This document shows, in pieces, positions 11,201 through 20,600 of a DNA stretch of 64,000 nt. The DNA is from a virus: IMG/VR virus record IMGVR_UViG_3300043772_001024, positions 32,001-96,000 of that record. One strand, given 5' to 3'. Within the stretch, counting starts at the first letter, position 1; every line of letters starts with the position of its first letter. A program made the translations under genes and the position numbers. Under the pieces are notes generated by a model. That model saw nothing but the letters and a program-made list of their open reading frames with translations. It was not told the DNA's origin and did not search any database.

Positions 11201-11380
11201 CATACCTTTTTCTAAACCTTTAAGTGCTCTAGCTTGAGCTAAATCTTTTAATGATTGTGGTTGACCTTGATTTATATTTAATTTTTTTTCAAAATCATTA
11301 TTTAAGTATGGAGGTGGTGTACCTTTATTACTTTCTGGTGTAACACCGGCTGCAGCTAATAACTCATTACTAAATGGCAT
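5240..11380 (-). CDS. Large virion cargo/ejection protein (2046 aa) with C-terminal PD-(D/E)xK nuclease-like domain
   Basis: Gly/Ala-rich hydrophobic N-terminal segments, EGAQEVLQE motif and long helical middle. AGEIDFLL...IVDLKTG...LQQASY near the C-terminus. Located in the cargo block. Confidence 0.7.
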   Translation of the reverse strand: MPFSNELLAAAGVTPESNKGTPPPYLNNDFEKKLNINQGQPQSLKDLAQARALKGLEKGMQLHTNNEQIKPYTYNAGADGRSFYKTYHAFGQETFDKIGFSPFKDNDAAFNAQTNFFDRAQRTLVHGFAPLFARGFVSGPKSLLRMVQGDFGDDPEDARKYAEAAAIAQDTSGGVGAFFNNSLMNFGYTSGIIGEALTEELAISALTGGVGGIANLGRLATKIGRGMRGIKGVSTVADMTATLGKSVAGSVKSLTNVHKAREFFNAAKIGDILDNKVGRAAGRLAKLANPAENLLETGIDIAKNVKQLQGWNRFNNAAFKTAGALYRDARNINMALSEARLEGGFARNDTYDQLVKDYRSRNNGKMPPQALRDAMMAEAEKASKDSMLANTLLIYASNKVTFGNVLNPKSGLSRMLSKKVAEVQKMAGQSTVREFTKKTLKSGKELLTPKLTTVKGAWATAKKQGLQKTVKAAIGYTKANLMEGAQEVLQEVIADTSKNYHLQAFYSQPASSYYYTKAQLAELKTDKTFGEILGEGFSKQASAQGLETFASGFVMGAFAYPLNRAIPFAQEKYMQVFKNDMYKAHKAKIDGYVDRMTKSVNNTMAKNPLDFLQSKVFTLGTQTELANVIDTGDTKVEKDAKEEAVIKNVTDLIKMDSLEIWTDYMESLKELTTEEYAEAVGITVEQAEGHVEKLDRVINRAKEIEKTYKQYNEKFPSPIDLNDYEEGTKEYEKASVYHAAWEEGKKNLIFYHENYKDTVTRMQSIYQAIAQEELLGKIDPNRVQALLKDDRILGEIQILESEVEGLKGMTDPVSKRKLKETENTLGVLKEYQKDYENFMSHFFEEGMVEPGNEEEKAKRLELDDQVINKLESSFKKYMKSLAKQSDDIILNDSIDDAFEKLVDYYKLGKEANKLSDAINMMNDPEGFMEHVDRTYDWMYEMWNNREDYIRENINKQLETLKFNQLLNDMAVIGIYVDLEAFAEFKETGVIPTEFFDDVNKRVIKKGSPIYEEVANRFMGLSVMQQILEANKPASEKQKEELARLDAEELSEINKLPKVPTKVVVRKIDNKKDFSINVINDQLSNGQSVDVTYEEDGVQKTAVFFKDQAGVLKYDNAEGEAVDLKLDIKFNSGEIFEILNRPTDEDVAEVKKTYDALRAEAAEKAIEEGIKPFTAEQIAELDAINADTPIEAMPPELKQQLVDAYDEYRARPENKSMFPDNLTEEDLQNKFATFIKSESEALEIIEKYVKDKKLQAATTPAGEVVVPSITLPNGEVISADDATDAILDTTLQRYRFLIAELGAKPADQLTDEERKNLAIYKSKANILSTYIENKRIGEMSPELQAAKAKIDLLLKEQEKIKAMKTGYDVEGDILRRVSNVIESLKGEKYAYKKMEDVRVAFNMTIGQGKGVDAFINQLREAKLPGFSEKTYEALAEEIKELMTITSADQDVLKLQLNSLREDLKVEEGEFGNPELAQEIRNQIAAIESQIEEEVPVETPVTYEELVATSRNQIGITGPNLSFIFFGNLQNAIKSGQIKSKEELNKIIADWNDTSGYQGYPNEMSDAQSNMLLQLSAGLPDVTPSEVKKAQQTPDTLLESVERAVTEKTYNEETDAGTYIDDLSKEFLAGRKPKFEADKISEEAYENLFGENGLFQIMKQWMDTNKLIIVSRGLVVYDKDANVAGEIDFLLSDGKNFYIVDLKTGKQDKWDKYNDPNSEYYSSKVSNTLQQASYVNLLYNMIGVKAIPKILPVETQIDRNTGKILKASRPSSANALKAGKILIDLPVSPEMQAQIDSIIPLKSKPTVSSVPVSPSVSNIVNKAEGEQVEPTDYEEGSGVPTGTPTDTSAKVKEYEDRINKAKDTDQLDFIELQLGMNSLDMTADELFQVQQMLEQKRSNLLSGGKAATQEKSWSIGNQVHSESTIFADKGKNRGEVFLEPFETAVISSIDIVKGTVTIKPYGKKNQKTISIDMLNKMFKLNSDLFTEGEAPTTQPADKDLQNLSKESTDVVSTLLNDVTAQTALEQEVADKNITVDETVNALLDDLEC

Positions 11381-11391
11381 ATCTTAAAATA

Positions 11392-14300
11392 TTAATTATT
11401 TACTGCATTCCCTGAAGACTGCATTTGAATATTTTTTTGTTGTTGACTAAACTTTTTTAAATCATCATACACCCAACCATTTAAGTCATCAATTCCAGAA
11501 CCTAATGCACTTTCTAAATTTGGACCAAATGTGGTACTTCTATTTACTACACTTTCAATTATCTCTCCGTTATAGTCTTTGTATGTAGTTTCTGTAATAT
11601 AATCAGGATCACTAGGATCACCCTTTCTAATTGTAAATGATCCAAGACCACTTGGATGATTCCAAGTATATTTATCATTATATTCAACATGAGATTGTAA
11701 AGCACCCATTGTTGAATTATGCAATGAATTATTAAACTTAGTGTTTGGTGCAATAACAGTTAATCCATTTTGTATAAGTTTATCATAATCAGTTTGCTCA
11801 ATATAACCATTTGGATTTTTTTCTTCATCCAAAAGCATTTCTTTTAAGAACTTCTCTGGAAACTTAATTTTCATAGAACCTTTTGTCATATCTTCAGCAG
11901 CCACTCTTTGAGCTATCATGTCAAATGCATTAGCTTTAGTGCCATGTTCTTTAGTCCACTCCATATAATCATCAAGTAGTCTTTTACCAAGTGCAGAACT
12001 TGTTTCATCATAACTTCTATCAAAGAAGCTTGTTCCAAATATACCTGATTCTATCTTACCTGATTTATACCCAGTAGGACTTGCACCTTCAAAAGATATT
12101 ACATTTTCAAGTCCATCTATTGAGTTTCTTAAGTTAGCCCAATCTTTAGTAAATTCCCAAAATGTAATAGCACCTAATGAATTAGGTTTGCTTAAATCTA
12201 TTCTGGATGAAAGAGCTCTCATACCAAAACCACTACCACCTTCTTCATTAAGTTTTACATAACCAGGTACTTCTCCAATTATGTGTCTATCACCAACATC
12301 TGAATAAATATCTCTTGCACTTTTTGTAAATTGATTCATTATTCTTGCTGATAATATATTGTTTACATCTTCAATTGAATTAGCAACTCTTTCTCTATCT
12401 TCTCCAATTCCTAATTGATACTTAGTAACAGGATTATTACTTTCCATTTTTTCTTTATACTTGTATGTTTCAGGTCTATCTTCATATAGGCCGCTTAGCA
12501 CAGCATTTTGTGCAAACTCAGGAAGCATTTTAAAGGTTGGATCATTCCGCATTTTTTGTTCCTTGTCTTTAGCTTCAATGATAAAGTTAGTTTTTAGTTT
12601 ATAGTTAGAATTAAGATTACCAGACTGATCATACATGTTACCTAACTCTTCTCTTAATCTGGACATGTCAGTACTTAGATACTTACCATTTTTATCAAAC
12701 TTAGCTGTACCAAACTCTTTTATCATAGTAGGATCATTCTTAAGAGAATTATAAACATCATCTGCAACTAACTCTCTTGTTTCATATCTCCATTTTCTTG
12801 AGTCTTGTACATTTTTACTTATAGTATTTGCTATTGCTAGTTCAGTATCTAAGCCTTGTCTCATTGCAGATTTTACTGTTGTAAGGTTAGAATTTTTAGT
12901 TAACCAACTAGTTCCATTAGCAAGAAAAGAAGCCATGTAGTTATCTTTTATATTGTCTGAATACTTTACAGTACCTTCTTTATAACCAGCAAATTTCTTT
13001 TGTTCTATATCCATGGCATCACGGACTTTTTCCCCTTTGTAATTTTTAATGTAAACATCCTGTTTTTCTTTATTAGTATGCTTTAAAAGAAAGTCAACTC
13101 CTTCTGATTCAATTTTTTTCATCAATGCTTTGGGGTCTGTGAATTCATACTCAGGACCACGGCCGGGTTTATAAACACTCCAACCCACAGAACTTTCTGC
13201 AGCTCCAGCAGGTTTAACTAAATCATAAAATTGTTGTTGAGTCATTTCATCATTTTGTATAGCTTGATCATAAACCTTAAGAAGACCCATTATACCAGTT
13301 TTACCTTTTTGATCAAATAAAGTTCCTATACTTTGTTTTTCAACTTTTGATACATCTTGCCCTTTTAAAAAGCCACCCTCTGGATCAAGAAGTTTAAATG
13401 CATCAAAAACATTAAACTCTTGTTGTTCTTCATGTTTTTTTAATGTTGCTTTAGCTTCTGTGATTGCTTGTTGATTTGCTAATGGATTATTAAGAATTTC
13501 TTGTGCCTTAGCTACTTGATCATCACTTACTTTTTTACCTGAGCCTGATCCTGATTTTGAACCACCAGAACTTTTAGGTGCTTTAGGTTCACCGCTATAA
13601 CTAAACTCATCATAATAAGCTTTTGCTTGTATTGCCTCTAGTCTGTTCTGTCCTCTTAATTGTTCTGTTTGATATCTCCAAGAACCAGCTGCATTTATTT
13701 CAGATAGTTGGTGAGCATGTTTAACATCAAGAACAGCATATGGGTTTTCTTTAAAGTCTTCTTTGGCATCCGTGTATGCAAATCTTGTAGCTGCACCCAT
13801 AAGATCTTCATTCATCAACATGTTAGCCATGTTACCGTCCACTACATTTCTAAGTTGATTTATATCTTTGTATGGATTTTGAAATTGTCCAGTACTTGTG
13901 TTACCGCTACTAGAGTATGAGCTGTTAAATTGATTTAATTGTTCATCTAATTTACCCAATATCTCATCATTAACACCTTTTGCTTCTTGGTATTGTTGGA
14001 GTTGTCTTTCTAGTAATGGATCTGAGCCTTGCTCTTTTATTTGCTTTTGTATATCTGCAATTTGTGCATCATACATTTTAGTGTTTGCTTGTTTATCTGC
14101 ATGTCTGCTTTCAGTAAGTTTTTTCATCTTACCATAAGCATCCTTCATATATTCCATTTCTGCTTGTGCCTCTCCTCCATATTTATCAGCTTCACCTTTT
14201 GCAAAGTCTTTACGGTTTACATAAGCTTGTGTTTTATATACAGCTTGTATAGCTGGGTCTCTTCCAAGTTCAGCTTCAAATAAACTTGACAAAGGTTCAA

Positions 14301-14931
14301 TAAGAAGTTGTCCATTTTTATTTTTCATTATCCATTTACCATCTGGACTTAAGCTGGTTTTCTCATATGATAAACCAGCACTCTTTGCTAACTCTCTTGT
14401 TTTCTCAGCTACATTTACATATGGTGTATATACAACATTACCAAACCCCATAGCTTCATCAGCACTGGCATTTTTAAATTCTTCTCTTCTATATTGTAAT
14501 TCTTTTATACCATCACCCCAATATTGTTTTCTAGCTTTTTCATCATCACTTTTATTCAAACCTTCAGCAGCACCATAAGTGTTGTTAAAGTTTTTAGTCC
14601 AAGCCATGTCTTTCATCAAAGCACCATCTTCATAGAAAGGCTTAAATATCTGAGAAGCTTGTTGTACATTTTGTTCTAAAGAAAGATCTAAACCAGCAAT
14701 TCTTTTTAAATCCATATCAATTTGCTGTACTGTAGCATCTCTTTTTTGGATATTGTCATCTCTTGTAAGATCAGCATAATAAAACTGACCATACATTTTA
14801 TTTAACTGCTTGTAATTTGAATCATATTGAGTTTGCTTAAGCTGCAATAAATTAGCAACCATATTCAATCCAGTATCATGTGGTTGAATAGATGGTATTA
14901 TTGACTGAACTCCTTGTAAATAGGTACCCAT
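11392..14931 (-). CDS. Putative virion cargo/ejection protein (1179 aa)
   Basis: Helical/coiled-coil N-terminal half; downstream of the muzzle gene, matching crAss-like cargo synteny. Confidence 0.6.
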   Translation of the reverse strand: MGTYLQGVQSIIPSIQPHDTGLNMVANLLQLKQTQYDSNYKQLNKMYGQFYYADLTRDDNIQKRDATVQQIDMDLKRIAGLDLSLEQNVQQASQIFKPFYEDGALMKDMAWTKNFNNTYGAAEGLNKSDDEKARKQYWGDGIKELQYRREEFKNASADEAMGFGNVVYTPYVNVAEKTRELAKSAGLSYEKTSLSPDGKWIMKNKNGQLLIEPLSSLFEAELGRDPAIQAVYKTQAYVNRKDFAKGEADKYGGEAQAEMEYMKDAYGKMKKLTESRHADKQANTKMYDAQIADIQKQIKEQGSDPLLERQLQQYQEAKGVNDEILGKLDEQLNQFNSSYSSSGNTSTGQFQNPYKDINQLRNVVDGNMANMLMNEDLMGAATRFAYTDAKEDFKENPYAVLDVKHAHQLSEINAAGSWRYQTEQLRGQNRLEAIQAKAYYDEFSYSGEPKAPKSSGGSKSGSGSGKKVSDDQVAKAQEILNNPLANQQAITEAKATLKKHEEQQEFNVFDAFKLLDPEGGFLKGQDVSKVEKQSIGTLFDQKGKTGIMGLLKVYDQAIQNDEMTQQQFYDLVKPAGAAESSVGWSVYKPGRGPEYEFTDPKALMKKIESEGVDFLLKHTNKEKQDVYIKNYKGEKVRDAMDIEQKKFAGYKEGTVKYSDNIKDNYMASFLANGTSWLTKNSNLTTVKSAMRQGLDTELAIANTISKNVQDSRKWRYETRELVADDVYNSLKNDPTMIKEFGTAKFDKNGKYLSTDMSRLREELGNMYDQSGNLNSNYKLKTNFIIEAKDKEQKMRNDPTFKMLPEFAQNAVLSGLYEDRPETYKYKEKMESNNPVTKYQLGIGEDRERVANSIEDVNNILSARIMNQFTKSARDIYSDVGDRHIIGEVPGYVKLNEEGGSGFGMRALSSRIDLSKPNSLGAITFWEFTKDWANLRNSIDGLENVISFEGASPTGYKSGKIESGIFGTSFFDRSYDETSSALGKRLLDDYMEWTKEHGTKANAFDMIAQRVAAEDMTKGSMKIKFPEKFLKEMLLDEEKNPNGYIEQTDYDKLIQNGLTVIAPNTKFNNSLHNSTMGALQSHVEYNDKYTWNHPSGLGSFTIRKGDPSDPDYITETTYKDYNGEIIESVVNRSTTFGPNLESALGSGIDDLNGWVYDDLKKFSQQQKNIQMQSSGNAVNN

Positions 14932-14951
14932 ATTATAATCTTTCTATATTG

Positions 14952-14984
14952 TAAAACTATTAAAATTTTATAAGTTTAATAAAC
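14952..14984 (-). promoter_or_regulatory. Putative promoter GTTTAT-N19-TAGTTTTA
   Basis: Intergenic, just upstream of the 1179-aa gene; same upstream hexamer and spacing as the 21704 site. Confidence 0.4.
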
Positions 14985-14996
14985 CTCTTAAGTTTA

Positions 14997-17654
14997 TTAC
15001 ATTAAAAATGGCCATAACATGTCAGCATATATATAACCTCCTTTCTTATATGCAGCACCACCATATCTACTAATGTTCATTTTTCTTTCAAGATCCATTG
15101 CCTTTAAAACATCTGAGTTATCAGTAATACCCATATTTTTAAATCTAGCCATTTTAGTTGCAAAATCTTCTGCAGGTTTTTCTGGAGTGATCGCTTTATT
15201 GTTTGTATTAACATAATACTCATCACCAGTAACAGGATCAATATTCCACTTCATACCTTGAGCTTGATTTACAGCAGCAAGTGTTCTTGCATTACCTTTC
15301 ATTTTAGCAAACTTATCTCCTACATTAGCCCAGTAATTATTATAGTCTTGAGCTTTATTACTTTGCCAAGTTGCATTTCTTTGATTGTAAACATCAGATG
15401 CATCTTTATCCATCAGTAATTGGTTGTACTGATGTTGAGTATTAGCTTTATTAAGTGCTGTTGCTCTATCTGCATTCTGCGCATTTACTTGAGAAGCTAA
15501 GTTAATTATATCACCTTGAGATCCTCTTTGTGCCGCAAACATAGCAGCAATAGCTCCACCAGGATTATTAGCAGCAGTTTTTTGAATAGCATTTATTGTA
15601 CCTTGTGTCATACCTTTTGCTAATTCAGCTTGAGCTATATAATCAGCTCTTTGTGCTTGTTCTCTTACAGCTGGTGCTTTACCATGTATAGTAGGAACAT
15701 TAACATTTCTTTGAGCCATTGCAATACCAAGATTTAATTTATCTTCTGGAAGATATTGTAAACTTTGAGGTAGGTTTTGTTGAATTGGTTGCATTTGTTC
15801 CATTTCATATCCTTCACAAGGAGGACACGTACCATCAGCATTTTTAGGGAACACTGCTTCGTCACCTGTCATAGGATCAGTACATACACACTCTTCTTCT
15901 TCAGTACCTGTTGTTGTTGTAGTTATTGGTTCTTGAGGTATTATGTGTTCTGCTTCTTCAAATGATGTATTTACTTTATTTATACAATCTTTATAAGTTT
16001 GACCTTCTGGAGAACTGTATATAATTTCTAATGCTTTTGCTTTAGATTCTTCCCAATTTGGATCTCCTGGTCTTGCACCCTTTAACCATTTTGGAAAAGC
16101 TTCAACTAACATTTGGTCTATATTTCCTGATTTAGTAATTTTATCACATAAGCCACCAGCTACACCTTTAGGATCTGCTTTACCACTTCCAGCACCTTTA
16201 TAATATTTTACATCTTCTCCCTTTCTTCTTCTGTATTGACCTTCATATCCACTTGATGATTTACCTTTGGTCCAGTCAGTACCGGATGAAAATGTGCCAA
16301 CTTTTTTTGACTTTATTCCTCCAACAGTTTCACCATTATCAGCTTTACGTAAAGGAACACCACCATAAGCCATCTGATTAGGATTGTTATAGAATGGCAT
16401 TCCATAACCACCCATAGACATACCATACATAGCCATAGGAGCTTGTTGCATTTGTTGTTGTGGCATTTGTTGTGCCATAGCCATCATCTGTTCAGGAGAA
16501 GGTTGTCCTTGTGGAGGAGCTTGCATTCCTGGTTGAGCTCCTTGTTGTTGCTGAGCCATCATCTGCCTTTGTTGTGCAGCTTGTTGTTGCAAGTTATTAA
16601 GAGCATCTGTAACCATTTCTTTTGCCTTCATTTCCGGAATAGCAAGATTACCAAGAACTGTAATTATATCTTCAGGAGTTATTCTGCTTTGCAATAAGTT
16701 TAGAAGAATCTCATCCATTTCTTTTCCTTGATCAACTGCACTTTTTACATCTGCTGTAATTTTATTTAATGCAACTTCTAAACCTTTATCAGCATGTCTC
16801 AACATTCCACCATGTCTCATACCTGGTTGCATTGGAGGTTGTTCCATTCCTTGTTCTTCAGGCATAGCTACAGGAGAACCGTCAGGCATTGTTGGAGGCT
16901 CATTAGCTTCAATAGCTTGTTGAGGTGCTCCTTCTGCCATTGCTTGACCCATATCAATTGCCTGACCTGCTTGTGCTGGTGATTCTTGTTCTGGTTGATC
17001 CGGTAGTATGTCTTGTTCAGAGATACCATTAGCTTCCATATATTGTTTAGCCACAGATGGAATTCCTTGTGGAAAACCTTTCTTAGCTTCTTGAGCTAAA
17101 GCTAATGCACCTAGTTTAATGATCATTTTCTTTATCATTAACTCTGCAGTTTTTATTTGCACTTTATCTGAACTAGGATCTTGCATTGTTGCTCTATACT
17201 TATTTAATGCAATAAACTGTTTAGATAAATCTGCCGGGGTATATCCTCCTTTCTTAGCTGCTTTATTAAACATCTTAAGAATAGCAGGATCTTTGATCAT
17301 CATCTCCTTAGTATCACTAAAGATAAAACTATCATCCGGAAGATTTAATGGTACACCATTAGCACTATGTCTAGGTCCTTTAATTTCATAAAACAAAGGA
17401 TATCCAGAAGGATCAAATGTTAATACAGTTTCTCCACCTTCAGCTTCTAGGTTAGCTTCCTCTCTAGGTACTTTTGTTATTGTAGTTCTAGATACTGCTT
17501 TAGGTTCTGTAAGTTTTAAGTTACCACCACCAAATGCTGAAAGATCATTTGCTAATGATCCTTCTACCTGATATCCAGTCTTAGCTTTTGGAGGCTGAGT
17601 TATTTTTACTTTAAATAATTCAGGAGCTTCTGCTATTTTAACTCTGTATCTCAT
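14997..17654 (-). CDS. Putative cargo protein 1-like (885 aa)
   Basis: N-terminal NLEAEGGETV...GPRHSANGV...FIFSD resembles the conserved crAss-like cargo N-domain; Q/M/P-rich linkers; several [YM]xxGG motifs. Confidence 0.6.
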   Translation of the reverse strand: MRYRVKIAEAPELFKVKITQPPKAKTGYQVEGSLANDLSAFGGGNLKLTEPKAVSRTTITKVPREEANLEAEGGETVLTFDPSGYPLFYEIKGPRHSANGVPLNLPDDSFIFSDTKEMMIKDPAILKMFNKAAKKGGYTPADLSKQFIALNKYRATMQDPSSDKVQIKTAELMIKKMIIKLGALALAQEAKKGFPQGIPSVAKQYMEANGISEQDILPDQPEQESPAQAGQAIDMGQAMAEGAPQQAIEANEPPTMPDGSPVAMPEEQGMEQPPMQPGMRHGGMLRHADKGLEVALNKITADVKSAVDQGKEMDEILLNLLQSRITPEDIITVLGNLAIPEMKAKEMVTDALNNLQQQAAQQRQMMAQQQQGAQPGMQAPPQGQPSPEQMMAMAQQMPQQQMQQAPMAMYGMSMGGYGMPFYNNPNQMAYGGVPLRKADNGETVGGIKSKKVGTFSSGTDWTKGKSSSGYEGQYRRRKGEDVKYYKGAGSGKADPKGVAGGLCDKITKSGNIDQMLVEAFPKWLKGARPGDPNWEESKAKALEIIYSSPEGQTYKDCINKVNTSFEEAEHIIPQEPITTTTTGTEEEECVCTDPMTGDEAVFPKNADGTCPPCEGYEMEQMQPIQQNLPQSLQYLPEDKLNLGIAMAQRNVNVPTIHGKAPAVREQAQRADYIAQAELAKGMTQGTINAIQKTAANNPGGAIAAMFAAQRGSQGDIINLASQVNAQNADRATALNKANTQHQYNQLLMDKDASDVYNQRNATWQSNKAQDYNNYWANVGDKFAKMKGNARTLAAVNQAQGMKWNIDPVTGDEYYVNTNNKAITPEKPAEDFATKMARFKNMGITDNSDVLKAMDLERKMNISRYGGAAYKKGGYIYADMLWPFLM

Positions 17655-17659
17655 GTTGA

Positions 17660-20600
17660 TTATTTTATATATTCTACTTTACCTCCGGCAGCTTCAATAG
17701 CTTTTATTTGATCCATAGTTAAACTATAAACTTTACCTTTAGCATATTGTGAATTCATTTGTCCACCTTTCTTACCATACAGACCACCTTCATAACCTTG
17801 TTTACCAGGAGTGCTTCCATATTGAGTTTCATTACCACTTGCCATCAAGTCTGAACCTTTTCTTTCTGCAGAACCAAAACCTGATTGACCTGTATTAGCA
17901 GTAGCAGCATCAGATGTTCTTGATCTTTGTGCAGCTAAATCCATTTTTCTACCCTCATCTCTAGCATTTAAAAATCCAGTAGTCAGTCCTGTTAAACTTG
18001 TTGGACCACTAAATAAATCTGTAGCAAGTTGTCCTGGATTAAATGTATAAGCAGATTGTTCTACTGTTCTACCTATAAGATTAGGATCATTAAACTCTGC
18101 TTTATCTACAGTGATACCAGGTTTAGCTTTTGGTAAATATCCACCGTAAGCCATGTATTCAGGTACATAACCACCATAAGCCATATAACCACCATAAGCC
18201 ATTGGTAATTCATCTAAACCATCTTCTCCAGTATAAGCTGGATTAGATCCGCTTGATGGAGGTGGTACTCCAGGATTATAATCTTGTGGAGTTGGAACAA
18301 ACTTTGGATCAGCCATAGGGTTGTCTTCACCAGGTGCAGAATATGAAGGACTAGATGCTGCTGGTCTACCCATATTAGTATTTCCAGTTACACCTGTACT
18401 TGCAGTACCAAATGCATTACCTCCAAAAGGATTTGAAGAAACATTAGATTGTCCAGACATTGAAAAATTATTTGGACTTTCTGCATATTTTAAATTACCT
18501 GATGGTTGAACACCTGTGCTAGCAGATCCAAATTGATTTCCACCAAATGCATCTCCAGTAAATGGATTACTTGATGATACAGCAGATTCACCTTGAGATT
18601 GCATTGTTTCAGGAGCAGTTCCAGATAATTTACTAGGAATTTGAGAAGCACCTCTTGTAGGCATACTGCTTGGAGGAGTAATAGATTCAGCATCTGCATT
18701 TACAAGTCTACCTTTACTATCAATACCCATTGGGTTTCCTTCAACATCCACATTAGTCATCAGCATTTCATTTTTGCCAAGCTTCATTCCTTTTGCAGTT
18801 CTTGTATCTGTTGTTTCTTCATCATCTTCTCCACCAGTAGTTGTTGTTCCTGCATTAATATTAGTACCAGAACCTTGTTTGTTTATCAAATCATCTGCAG
18901 CCCCATCTTCAGGATCAGCATACCATTCTCTTACTCTTTTAGTATCAAATGGGTTATACCACTTACCTCTATCTTTGTATGCTACTTCTCTAATCTTTTT
19001 AGTTCCTTCAGGTACTTGCCAATTAACCGGAGAAAAAGCATTGCTATAATTAAAATCTCTTGTAAGTCCAAAACCTAATCTTTGAGGTCTACCTACTGAG
19101 AATTGACCTTGACCCATTCCTTGTTGTCCCTGCATCATTTGCATCATTTGCATATATTGAGCCATTTGGTTTTGATTACCCATAGAACCATAATTATCTC
19201 TATTTTGATTAAATGTAATTTGATCACCTACTTTATATCCACCACTTTGAGGACCTTGATTTTTTGTAAGATCAAAGTTTCTACCACTTGTTGTTCCTGT
19301 ATTAGGTTGACCAGTTGGTTGGAATCTATTACCTACAGTACCAGAAGGTTGCATACCTGTAGTAGCTTTACCAAATGCATTACCAGCAAATGGGTTTACA
19401 TCTACTGGATTTTTACTACCCATTTGATCTATTCTGTTTTTGGTAGCATTCATTTGTTTTTGAAAGTTGGTAATATAACCATCATATGCTTTATGTAAAA
19501 CATCTCCACCATATGCATACTCATCACCTCCATAGATAAACTTCTGAAGATTACCATATTCATCAGGTTCTACACCAGATATTGGACCTCCCATTTGGTA
19601 GTAGTCATAATATTTTGTTGCTAGTGGGTTTAAAGACAGTCTTCTTTTTCTTTCATTTATTTCTTTTTCTGTTGTTTCTGCAGCTGTGTCTTTGATAAAG
19701 CTACCATCTGGCTTAACAATATCATAACCATTAGCTTTATTAATTTCTTTATACTTTTTTGCTCTAACATCTTTTGGTATACGTGCTAGATAATTAAATT
19801 TCTGGTCAAAAGCTTCTTGATTAGCCTCCTCTGCTTTAGTACGTTTATCAGACCAAGGAGAAAATTCTGAACTTACCGCAGACCAACCCATATGAGAATC
19901 AGAGTCACCCAGTTGACTACTTTGTGTACCATCTGGATTTGTAACTATATAACTTTCATCAAGGCCATATTTGCTAGGATCAGCATTATATTCTTTTTGA
20001 CTTACTGGATTACTCCAAACTAATGATTCATCTACATTAGTATTGTCATCATCATATTGACCAGACCATACTAAACCTCTTTGATCAACATCATTTCCTT
20101 TTGGATTTTTAATTACTTCTCCTGTTGCAGGATCTATCATATAACCATACTGAGAAGGATCTTTTGCTTGATTATAAAGAGAGTCTGTAAACTTATCAGA
20201 ATCAGCTTTTTGTTTAGATAATTTTGCAAAATCACCTGCCCAGTCTTGACCATAATCTATAAGACCAGGTATATTAGTTTGTTGACTTTGTAAAGGTGCA
20301 CCCCCTACAGATTGAGCTTGTGTAGATTGAGAAGCTGCAGTAGAACTTGCACTAGATGAAGGTCCTGTAGCTTTCATAGTCTTTTTACCATTCAGCATTC
20401 TTGCATTTGGATTCTCAAAAGGATTACCCAATAGCTCTTCCGGATCTGGTAGATCAACTATAGATCTTACTCTGTTACCATCTTGATCTGCACAGTATCC
20501 TAAGTTAGGGTCATATACAGATCCTGGAGGACATTTAATCTCATTCTTTTTACTTGACTTATTATTTTGTGCAGCAGTGGAATTTGGATTTTGTTTTGCT

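Noticed and set aside
1-14931. Definite RNA polymerase call for the large cargo genes
   Set aside because: No catalytic DxDxD motif was seen in the window; kept only as a synteny-based inference for the truncated ORF
18140-18202. Short direct repeats as a CRISPR mini-array
   Set aside because: They are in-frame 14-18 nt coding repeats (MAYGG) without unique spacers
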